A DNA stretch of 64,000 nt, taken from Octopus bimaculoides (taxonomy: Eukaryota). The notes below the pieces were generated by a model, which saw nothing but the letters and a program-made list of their open reading frames with translations, was not told where the DNA came from and searched no databases. This document shows, piece by piece, positions 54,517-64,000 of this stretch. Location: assembly GCF_001194135.2 (NCBI RefSeq), contig NC_068985.1, positions 11,025,212 through 11,089,211 of the forward strand, written 5' to 3'. The position numbers and the translations under genes are program-made. The first letter of the stretch is position 1; every line of letters starts with the position of its first letter.

Positions 54517-54839
54517 AACAACAAAGATGAGGACAAATATCCGTCAAATGTAAATAATATAAATAATATAAATAATATATATTATCTACATTATATATAT
54601 ATATACATATATATACGCCATTAGTTGATAATTTACGAAACAAAATTTTATATTAAAGACATGAATATGTTCATACCGACCTGGAATATGTTACTGGTCA
54701 TCATCTATAAATAGTGAGAATGTGACCGTCATTTTTCCGCCGATGTTACCACTCGACAACGCTGCCATCTCTTCAGAAATGCGATCCGAAATTGCATACA
54801 TACGGTGGCGATGTAGGTACACAACATTTACGTTTAAGG

Positions 54840-55075
54840 TAATCGGTTCTTGATCGTAAGGGCGTTAGTTCGATGCTGGTGGTGCGTTTTGTCCTTGAGC
54901 AAGATACGTTATTTCACGTTGCTCCAGTCCACTCAGCTGGCAAAAATGAGAACTTCCATAAGAGTACGAGTGTTTCTGGAGTTCTCACTCACATGCACGT
55001 TTATTTAAGGAGGAAGTTGTTTCGCTGATCGGATCAACTGTAATCTTTGTTGTCGTTATCGACCGAGAACCAGTA
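54840..55075 (+). mobile_element. SINE family C (CORE-like), internally deleted
   Basis: GTTCGATGC (B-box-like), GTCCTTGAGCAAG..TTATTTCACGTTGCTCCAGTCCACTCAGCTG, and the tail GCTGATCGGATCAACTG. Confidence 0.75.
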
Positions 55076-56484
55076 TATGTTTGTATATTTGTACGTATAT
55101 ATGTATACAATTCAGTTGTGATAAGAAATTCGCTGATAATAATTGGTGAATGATACTCAATCGATGAAATGTCTTCTCCGAATATACTTAAAAATATAGA
55201 CAGTAATGAATCGCTCGACAACGAAATTTGTGAAATTTGAATTTATAGATTGAACTGAAGTGATTTCATTTCAAAATCACGAAATAAAAACATGGACTAT
55301 CCTTATCCTAAAAGCGCCACATCGTATAAGTGTAATCAAGGGAGGAAATGGTAGAAAACAGCCTAAATTATTAAATGAGAACTGAGGATTTTGTTAAAGA
55401 ATATTCTACGGTACACAGCTGGAAAATAGGTATAACGAATCAAAGATTAGTTAGAAACGGAAAATAGATTTCAAAGGAATAAAAAGTTTCTGACAAGAAG
55501 CGTTCCAGAGGAAGAAATGGGCTTCTATATTTTCCCTTCCATACAAAAGAATTTTAATTACACGCTATGTGAAATGAAGCTCCTTATCCTCTTCCACTTC
55601 CGAGGTATGTTACTACTACTACTACTACTGCTACTAATACTGGCAGCATCGGTAGCGCCGCCATTACATCCGCCATCACCACCAGCACCATCTCTACTAC
55701 TACTAGTAGTAGAAGCGGAAAGACGCTTCTAAATCGTGCATTTTGGACTTTAGCTTAGAATTTGAACACACAATGTAAACATTATTAGTAAAATGATGCA
55801 ATGCGTTTTCCTATGTGCTACTAATACGTTTAGTCATTCCTCTTTTAACTAAGGGAATGTAATACTAACGAAAACAGTAACAACAATATCGTAAAATTAA
55901 AGGCAAAAAGGTGTTCGTGAAAGAAAGTTAGACAACGGCCATAGAAACGTAACTGACAAACTGAATACAGTTAACAAAATGATAATAGTAATAATTTCCG
56001 ATGAAGGCAGAGAGCCACAAACTTGGGAGAAGAGGTTATTGGCTAAAAAACAAAACAAAACAAAACAAAAAACAAAAACAAACAAGCAAGCAAGTAAAAG
56101 AACACTCCAGTTCTCCAATTATCACTTTAATTCATAGACTAGATAAAGAGATGGCAGGCGTTGAAATTGGCTGGATTTCAATTCAAACGTAAACGAGTGG
56201 AACGATAATCACAAATTATTTTGTCCAAAGCTCCGAATATTCTTCCAGAAACAACGGCTTCAGCTGTCGGAAATATCATTAGTTACACAATTTTCAACAT
56301 TGGCACAAAGCTACAAATAGTGTGTTAAGACGTTGGAACCTTATTTTCTCGGTACAGAATAACGAAAAGATGAATTTCATTTCATATTACTGGGATTTGA
56401 ACTTCGAACATCAAGTCTGGAACAAATAACGTGATGCAAGTTACTGAATCTCCTTCTCTGCATGGATAGTAATCGCACGTGAGA

Positions 56485-56800
56485 TAGCGGTTAGTGAATT
56501 CAGCTCCCGATCATGAGGACCTGTGTTCGGTGTCGGGTAGCGCGCGCGTTGTGTCCTTGAGCAAGTCACTTTATTTCACGTTGCTCCAGTCCACTCAGCT
56601 GACAAGAATGAGTACTACCTGTATATTCAAAAAGCCATCTTTGTCCCATTCTTTACCATGTTGAATCTGCCTGAGAACTAACTTCTGAGAACTACGCTTG
56701 TCTGTAGAGTACTCAGCCAGTTACACGTCAATTTCAAGATCAGGCTGTTCCCTTGATCGTATCAACTGGAACAGTCTTCGTCATAACCAACAGAGTGCCA
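56485..56800 (+). mobile_element. SINE family C (CORE-like)
   Basis: GTTGTGTCCTTGAGCAAGTCACTTTATTTCACGTTGCTCCAGTCCACTCAGCTG is shared with the copy at 54.9 kb. The tail CAGGCTGTTCCCTTGATCGTATCAACTGGAAC...ACAGAGTGCC is shared with the copy at 61.0 kb. Confidence 0.8.
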
Positions 56801-57095
56801 TTTTTTGTCCTTGGAATATATCTTTTTGTTGGTTTACACCTGTTCCTTAATGGGAACTTTCAGTTAATCCGACGATTCATCTCCTCTTAAACATGTCTCA
56901 ACATGCAGCTCTTTTTGCTATAAACTTTTATGTTTAATTGGTTTGTTTCAGTATCAAATTTATGCACAGGATTTTTTATTTCATCAACTTTCGTGCTACT
57001 AATAACCAAAAATTGCAAATAACAAGAAAATCATAAATTTTAGTAATCACGATAAAAATTATTCCAATTTATAATTTATATATAAAGGTTTACAT

Positions 57096-57249
57096 AGGCG
57101 TAGGAGTGGCTGTGTGGTAAGTAGCTTGCTTACCAATGACATGGTTCCGGGTTCAGTCCCACTGCGTGGCACCTTGGGCAAGTGTCTTCTACTATAGCCT
57201 CGGGCCTTGTGAGTGGATTTGGTAGACGGAAACTGAAAGAAGCCCGTCG

Positions 57250-57346
<97 letters not shown>

Positions 57347-57586
57347 GTGCGTGTGTATATGTTTGTGTGTCTGTGTTTGTTCCTCCCCCCCAACATCGCT
57401 CGACAACCGATGCTGGTGTGTTTACGTCCCCGTAACTTAGCGGTTCGGCAAAATAGACCGATAGAATAAGTACTAGGCTTACAAAGAATAAGTCCTAGGG
57501 TTGATATGCTCGACTAAAGGCGGTGCTCCAGCATGGCCACAGTCAAAATGACTGAAACAAGAAAAAGTGTAAAAGAGTAAAGAGTA
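57096..57586 (+). mobile_element. SINE family B, full length
   Basis: Near-consensus head, body and tail with a long internal (TA)n. Confidence 0.92.
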
Positions 57587-58394
57587 TACATCTCAAAGAC
57601 TGTTTTATATCAGTTCAATGATCGTGGTGTGATTCCATAAATATTTAGGTGCTCTTTCTAAGGGACGAAGGTTTCCTGTATAATGTGCAGTCTGATGTTT
57701 CTATTGCTGATAATTCCACCTTCACCATTCTATTGTTGCTGCAGACAAAATAATGCATAGCAACAATAATACTATTAATTTTTCTACCTCTAATTGTAAT
57801 TATTCTTCATGCACGATTTGCTCCCAATATTATTTTTAATATTTGAATTATAGCTGCTATTTGAACAATTCTTCACTACATACTCACATACAGACAACCA
57901 CAGACTCCCCAAACACGCATACAAACACATACAGAGACAACCACACATATAAACGGACACGCGCGTGCGTGCGCACATACACAAGCACACGCACTCACAG
58001 ACACACAGACGGTAATACAACTTCAATTGATATTTTATGTTCCGTTATCCGAATTTTGGATGTTGAATACTGAATAATTTCTTACCAGCGGTAACGTAAC
58101 ACCTCTGAATATAAAAATGTAACCCGGCGTTATGAAAGAAAATACTTTTGAGAAACTCGAACATAACTTCAGAGTACATCTTGCTAGTTAAGACTAGTTC
58201 ATGGCGTTCAACCGATTAACTACCAAAAACGTATATTCTCAAAATCCTAGACATGCGATCTTCACATAAAAATCGAGGTAAATTTTCATTAAAATAAGCA
58301 TCTTCTTAAAGTGTCATCACATATTCTGCAATAAGATTATTTCCAAGTCAATCATAGCAAAGACAGGATACACAAAAAAAAAAATGAATACATA

Positions 58395-58613
58395 TGTATG
58401 TAGATGTATTTATTTTTGTATCTGTGTTTGTCCCCCTCCCCGCCAAGACTTGATAACCGATGTTGATGTGTTTACGACCCCGTATCTTAACGATTCGGCA
58501 AAAGTATGAGGCCCACAAAGGATAAGTTTTGGGGTCGATTTATTCGACTAAAGGTGGTGTTCCAGTATGGTCTCAGTCAAATGACTGAAACTAATAAAAG
58601 AGTAAAATAAGAG
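58395..58613 (+). mobile_element. SINE family B, 3' half
   Basis: CTGTGTTTGTCCCCC..ACCGATGTTGATGTGTTTACG..GGGGTCGATTTATTCGACTAAAGG..AAAAGAGT. Confidence 0.85.
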
Positions 58614-59518
58614 TGTATATATANNNNNNNNNNNNNNNNNNNNNNNNNNNNNNNNNNNNNNNNNNNNNNNNNNNNNNNNNNNNNNNNNNNNNNNNNNNNN
58701 NNNNNNNNNNNNNNNNNNNNNNNNNNNNNNNNNNNNNNNNNNNNNNNNNNNNNNNNNNNNNNNNNNNNNNNNNNNNNNNNNNNNNNNNNNNNNNNNNNNN
58801 NNNNNNNNNNNNNNNNNNNNNNNNNNNNNNNNNNNNNNNNNNNNNNNNNNNNNNNNNNNNNNNNNNNNNNNNNNNNNNNNNNNNNNNNNNNNNNNNNNNN
58901 NNNNNNNNNNNNNNNNNNNNNNNNNNNNNNNNNNNNNNNNNNNNNNNNNNNNNNNNNNNNNNNNNNNNNNNNNNNNNNNNNNNNNNNNNNNNNNNNNNNN
59001 NNNNNNNNNNNNNNNNNNNNNNNNNNNNNNNNNNNNNNNNNNNNNNNNNNNNNNNNNNNNNNNNNNNNNNNNNNNNNNNNNNNNNNNNNNNNNNNNNTAT
59101 ATATATATATATATATATATGAGCATAGAGAAAATTAATATAGGCAACAATGTGCAATATTTTACCAAAACGAAAACTTTAATCATCACTAAGTTTGGCA
59201 AGGGCGTTAGAAACATCTACATTGCTAGAAATAAGAGCTAAAAGGCTCTAATGCTGACGTTGAAGCACATAATTGTACACATGTAAACTGACAGGGATTG
59301 TAAACACCCGAAAACGCCGATCAATGTATATGTATAAATTATGTGCTTAGACTACAGCATTAGGGCATTTTAGTTCTTATTTCTAGCAATATAGGTTTCT
59401 AATATCCTACTGATATTTAATGATAATTATATACGAGTATATATACATATATATGCGTGTGCATGACAGGGAGAGTATGTATATATATATATATGTGTGT
59501 ATATATATATATTGTGTG

Positions 59519-59597
<79 letters not shown>

Positions 59598-60390
59598 TTA
59601 TGTATAAGTATATATATATATATATATAGGTATATATATATGTATACTTGTATATATATATATANNNNNNNNNNNNNNNNNNNNNNNNNNNNNNNNNNNN
59701 NNNNNNNNNNNNNNNNNNNNNNNNNNNNNNNNNNNNNNNNNNNNNNNNNNNNNNNNNNNNNNNNNNNNNNNNNNNNNNNNNNNNNNNNNNNNNNNNNNNN
59801 NNNNNNNNNNNNNNNNNNNNNNNNNNNNNNNNNNNNNNNNNNNNNNNNNNNNNNNNNNNNNNNNNNNNNNNNNNNNNNNNNNNNNNNNNNNNNNNNNNNN
59901 NNNNNNNNNNNNNNNNNNNNNNNNNNNNNNNNNNNNNNNNNNNNNNNNNNNNNNNNNNNNNNNNNNNNNNNNNNNNNNNNNNNNNNNNNNNNNNNNNNNN
60001 NNNNNNNNNNNNNNNNNNNNNNNNNNNNNNNNNNNNNNNNNNNNNNNNNNNNNNNNNNNNNNNNNNNNNNNNNNNNNNNNNNNNNNNNNNNNNNNNNNNN
60101 NNNNNNNNNNNNNNNNNNNNNNNNNNNNNNNNNNNNNNNNNNNNNNNNNNNNNNNNNNNNNNNNNNNNNNNNNNNNNNNNNNNNNNNNNNNNNNNNNNNN
60201 NNNNNNNNNNNNNNNNNNNNNNNNNNNNNNNNNNNNNNNNNNNNNNNNNNNNNNNNNNNNNNNNNNNNNNNNNNNNNNNNNNNNNNNNNNNNNNNNNNNN
60301 NNNNNNNNNNNNNNNNNNNNNNNNNNNNNNNNNNNNNNNNNNNNNNNNNNNNNNNNNNNNNNNNNNNNNNNNNNNNNNNNNNNNNNNNNN

Positions 60391-61097
60391 CTTGGACGTA
60401 GGATCACGGTTTCGATTCGCAGACCGGACGTTGTGAGTGTTTATTAAGCGAAAACACCTAAAACTCCACGAGCCTCCGGGTGGGGGTAGTGGTGAAACCT
60501 GCTGTACTCGTTCACCACAACTTTCTCTCACTCTTTTTTCCTGTTTCTGTTGCATCTGTAATTCAAAGGGTGCACGCTGAATTGTACAGGGTGATTCAAA
60601 AGTCTCCAATACACAGGCAAAAATTTATTTCTTCCATAAGAAACGGTTTATAAGATCCCCTAGATTCCCTGATCTGACCCCTCTTGATTTCTTGTCTTTG
60701 GGGGCATTTGAAAGTCATGGTGTATCACGAAAAGATAAAAAACATAAATCATTTGAAGGAACGCATCACCAACTCATTTTGCACACGTATCACCAGATGT
60801 GCTATTACGAGTTCACAATGAGTTGGGTAAACGTATTGCAATGTGTATTCAAAACAATGGTAACCATATAGAGACTGTTAAATATAAAAAACTGTTCTTA
60901 TTAACAGTTTCTTATAAAAAAAAGATAAATTATTCCTGGGTATGGCGACTTTTGAATCACCCTGTAGTTCCCTAAGAATTACGTTAGGGGTACATGTGCC
61001 TGTGGAGTGCTCAACCACTTGCACGTTAATTTCATGAGCAGGCTGCTCCGCTGATTGGATCATCTGGAACCCTCGACGTCGTACCCGACAGAGTGCC
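60391..61097 (+). mobile_element. tRNA-derived SINE with a family C tail, interrupted by a MITE
   Basis: B-box-like GTTTCGATTCGC (about 60409-60420). The body differs from the other C copies. The tail segments on either side of the MITE (CACGCTGAATT / TTCCCTAAGAATTACGTTAGGGG..CAGAGTGCC) join to match the tail at 56.7 kb. Confidence 0.75.
60587..60964 (+). mobile_element. Non-autonomous Tc1/mariner-superfamily element (~380 bp) with TA target duplication
   Basis: TIRs CAGGGTGATTCAAAAGTC.. extend ~65 bp at both ends, with TA at 60585-86 and 60965-66. The internal remnant PRFPDLTPLDF..GHLKVMVY resembles the WPPRSPDLTPLDFFLWG transposase motif. Confidence 0.9.
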
Positions 61098-61744
61098 GTA
61101 GTAATGTGCATGTATGTATGTATACATGTATATATGTACATGTATGTATATATATTTAGTCTCTTCAGCCGTCAAAGAATCTATTGATGAAAGGTTTTCA
61201 AGCAGTAAACTTTCCCTTCGAATCTTTTCACAGAATACACCTTGAACCTCATGTTCAATACATATTCTTCTTTGAATGGTAATAAACCTTAATATGACGG
61301 AATTTAGCTGCTATTTCTCAAGGTCTGAGTGACTGTATGCAAGACCCGTCATTGTTTTGCTGCCAGATTCTTCCTCTTCTTGTTGTGGATATATTATATA
61401 ATCTTTCTCCAATTCCTTGATGTATTACTAAAATATCGGAATGAACAAATCTATTCTACGTTTGCGACAATTATTATAAGAATTTAAAGTCTTGCTTCAA
61501 AATATTTGTTTATTTATATGAATATTTTAAGCGCAAATCAAGAGGATTGTTAAGAAGAGGATGTTATTCAACTTTATCGGTATCAATACTTCAGAGGCAA
61601 TTCATTTTACTAAATCTAAAATGCAAATTTTATTTCGACAAAGCACTATCGCATAGTTTATTTTTTTTCACTATTCTATCTGTCGCCTCAAAAATGGTAA
61701 TAATTTCTAAAATAAATCAAACTATCACTTTTTCTGTTATATAT

Positions 61745-61985
61745 TTTAGAGACGATGAATTATTTACATTATTTACATTATTTACATTGGACAGATTGGT
61801 ATCCTCACATCGTTTGTTATTAACATAAGGTTACGGCTCATGTACTTTCCTGGTTTCATCGAGTGTCCTGGTAGAATTTTGAACCGAGCCCTTTATTTAA
61901 CGAATGGATTACTCAATTCTCATTCCTCAAGTATTTTTTTGCTGATGCTGTTATTATTTATTCAAGTCACTACCTGGGATTGAGC
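61745..61985 (-). mobile_element. Old, decayed copy of the tRNA-head/(AAT)n/hammerhead element
   Basis: The reverse complement reads CAATCCCAGGTAGTGACTTGAATAAATAATAAC..GAGGAATGAGAA..GGTTCAAAATTCTACCAGGACACTCGATGAAACCAGG..AGCCGTAACC..(AATGTAAAT)3. It is collinear with the copies at 19 and 54 kb, but the core is degenerate. Confidence 0.7.
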
Positions 61986-61990
61986 GCACA

Positions 61991-62277
61991 AGGCGGAATT
62001 TGAACTTAGAACCTAGCGGCAGACGAAATGCAGATAATCATTTCGCCCGGCGTGCTAACGATTTTTTTCTACTTTAGGCACAAGGCTTGAAATTTTGGGG
62101 AAGGTAGCCACTCGATTAGATCGACCCCAGTGCGCAACTGGTACTTAATTTATCGACCGCGAAAGAACAAAAGGCAAAGTCGACCTCGGCAGAATTTGAA
62201 ATTAGAACGTAACAGCAGACGAAATGCCGATAAGCATTTCGTCCGGCGTGCTAACGTTTCTGCCAACTCGCCGCTTT
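61991..62277 (-). mobile_element. SINE family A full copy (A2 tail, 62062-62277) in tandem with a truncated A head (61991-62061)
   Basis: Junction rc GTAGAAAAAAATCGTTAGCACGCCGGG. Confidence 0.88.
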
Positions 62278-62299
62278 GGTTTGCATTCATAATGGCATG

Positions 62300-63100
62300 A
62301 AGAGATTTGTCTTATTGCTGCACAATCTCATCCACTACACTACTCAAGTCCTCCGTTGTTGCCTGAATCGTTAATTCGATATCATATCTCCAGTAGTTCA
62401 CCTTCAGGATCCTTGTAGCCTTCAGAATCCTTGTAGCCTTCAGAATCTTCCCGTTTTTCATATTATACATTATGGCTGTCATCAGCCATTCTTCTTTCAC
62501 TTCGGGTGGTACCTTACCCACTCGCACCTTGGCCACACGTTTGCCGCAGTACGAAGGCAAGAAGACCCATTCCTCTGTCCTTAATGTCTCTGTAGAGTGC
62601 TTTATTGCTTCCTCCTATGTCGTGAAGCGCATCTCCACAGTGGCGTATATTCCCCTTCTCGTAATGTATGTTGTGAATCTCTTTATATTCTTAACACATT
62701 CCTTTATGGCCTCTATTGGTGAGATTTCTATGTTTCTCGTGGCTGCCTTCATGGTTTTAAATATAACCGTTCTTTTTGTCACGTTGGCAGATAGCTCTAC
62801 AGGCGGTGTCAGCTTCAAAATGTTTCCTTCCGTTGTGATTAATTTCTCGCTCTCTTTCATCTTCCTAGGCTCCACTTTTATGTCGCGGGCCTCCAACTTT
62901 CGCACGTCTACTCTTTTGCCCGTTGCGGCCGCATAACTGGGGCCTGCCTCCGGCACCTTCTCCGTTTTCCCACAATGGGAAACAAGACAACAATTAACGA
63001 ATTAACAACCTTGGCAACAATTCAAACAACAATTCAAATCAATAGCAATGGCAACAATTCGATAAAAACTTCAACACAAACTCGCACAATAACTTCACGG
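62300..63100 (-). mobile_element. Probable LINE 5' end: 5' UTR plus ORF1 fragment (L1/Tx1-like)
   Basis: Two ORFs in the same frame (62615-62956 and 62312-62560) are separated by one stop. They show GPSYAAA near the N-terminus and an RRM-like KVRVGKVPPEVKEEWL, as in non-LTR ORF1 proteins. An 18-nt in-frame tandem duplication gives ILKATR x2. The clade assignment is an inference. Confidence 0.6.
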
Positions 63101-63160
63101 AGACGGGATACCGCAAAGCAGTTCACCCGGCGTTCTAACGTTTCTGCCAGCTCGCCGCCT
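63101..63160 (-). mobile_element. SINE family A head, cut at GGTATCCCGTCT
   Basis: rc AGGCGGCGAGCTGGCAGAAACGTTAGAACGCCGGGTGAACTGCTTTGCGGTATCCCGTCT, followed directly by the putative LINE 5' UTR. Confidence 0.85.
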
Positions 63161-64000
63161 TAAAGAATATAGTATATTGGTCGCTTACTGTTCCGGAGTT
63201 AATGGCCTTTTATGATTTGAATATGTTCTGCCTACAACGGAAGTTAAAATGCAAAATCGACACCTCTATGAGTTTGTCATAATGTAAAACATTTTAGCAT
63301 TAGCATTACCCATTCTGCAATCCAACCTACACGTTAAATTAAAACGAGTAATATTGATTCGTAACACAGGTCCAATATTTGACATTTGTAGCGTTTTCAT
63401 GATGCGAATTTTACTACTTAACAGATTCTTTAACTTTTCACCTTGAAAAGATAGAAAATGAATGTTGAATCTCCAAAGATGTCAGCAAAAAACGAACAGA
63501 CTCGCATTTAATATGGGTTCAGAGGCTCTACGGATTCTTTCGATCTATTTACATTGAAGATATTACTAAAATGATTGCTATAAAACATGTTCTTTTATTC
63601 TTTTATAAGTTTCAGTCCGAAGACGTGGAGGCTGTGTTGGAAGGAAAATTGATGACTGTGAAAAAAAAAAGATGATTATTTTCGCAAAAGCTTGAGAGAC
63701 AATGCTTGGTTTTATAAGAACAAGAGAGAGGAAAGAATTTAATAAGAAACACAATTGATATTGAAGGTTTTAGGCCTGTGATCTCGCATATGCTATAAAA
63801 TATCTGAAGCAATGAAATTGATACACAGATATTAATATCTTTCTGAAAGATATTCAGTGAATAAATACATCTATACCAGTTTTGCTAGAATGAAATACAA
63901 ACAGTGCTACAAATTGATGTCATCGTATTCGGTAGGGAAAATATTGAAATCTTTTATTGGATGATAATTTAAAATATATCAAAATATTGTACATTCAATT

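Larger units (their letters stand above)
54090..54590. mobile_element. tRNA-head/(AAT)n/hammerhead element (+, 54272-~54590) preceded by an inverted copy of its own tail (-, 54090-54258)
   Basis: A-box TGGCGTAGTGG at 54277-54287, B-box GTTCAATTC at 54322-54330, and (AAT)n at 54345-54417. Hammerheads lie at 54471-54516 (+) and 54180-54225 (-). Confidence 0.88.

Noticed and set aside
16474-60609. Long ORFs in the track (for example 52393-53445, 59407-60609, 29514-30350, 26455-27258)
   Set aside because: They run through N-gaps and TA/TG microsatellites (poly-X, YIYI, HTHT, CVCV) and are artefacts.
63600-63700. Strong polypyrimidine acceptor followed by SEDVEAVLEGKLMTV
   Set aside because: There is no donor before a stop codon and no recognisable product.
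1-64000. CRISPR arrays, operons or prokaryotic defence systems
   Set aside because: No repeat-spacer arrays or gene-dense coding blocks are present, and all repeats are eukaryotic transposons or simple repeats.

Overview
This is AT-rich, microsatellite-dense eukaryotic DNA with 12 N-gaps. It is most likely from an octopus or other coleoid cephalopod, an inference from the tRNA-derived SINE families and the (TA)n/(TG)n/(TATC)n load. I cannot support any intact host gene, tRNA or rRNA gene, or CRISPR array. The window looks like a large intron or intergenic region filled with transposable elements. SINEs: family A (two alternative 3' tails), family B (internal TA/TG microsatellite) and CORE-like family C. 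LINE remnants: L1/Tx1-like ORF2 3' ends and an ORF1 5' end, a CR1/L2-like RT, and an R4/Dong-like element. DNA transposons: several Tc1/mariner/pogo derivatives and long-TIR foldbacks. Two candidate systems stand out. (1) A short non-autonomous element combines a Pol III tRNA-like head, (AAT)n and a minimal type I hammerhead ribozyme of the Penelope kind. It occurs at three loci (19.3-19.9, 54.1-54.6 and 61.7-62.0 kb), twice as an inverted pair. (2) An L1/Tx1-like LINE shares its 3' end with SINE A, and both its 3' and 5' junctions map to the same 12-nt site in the SINE A head. This suggests the LINE mobilises the SINE and also uses it as a target. Family names come from motif recognition only; no database search was run.
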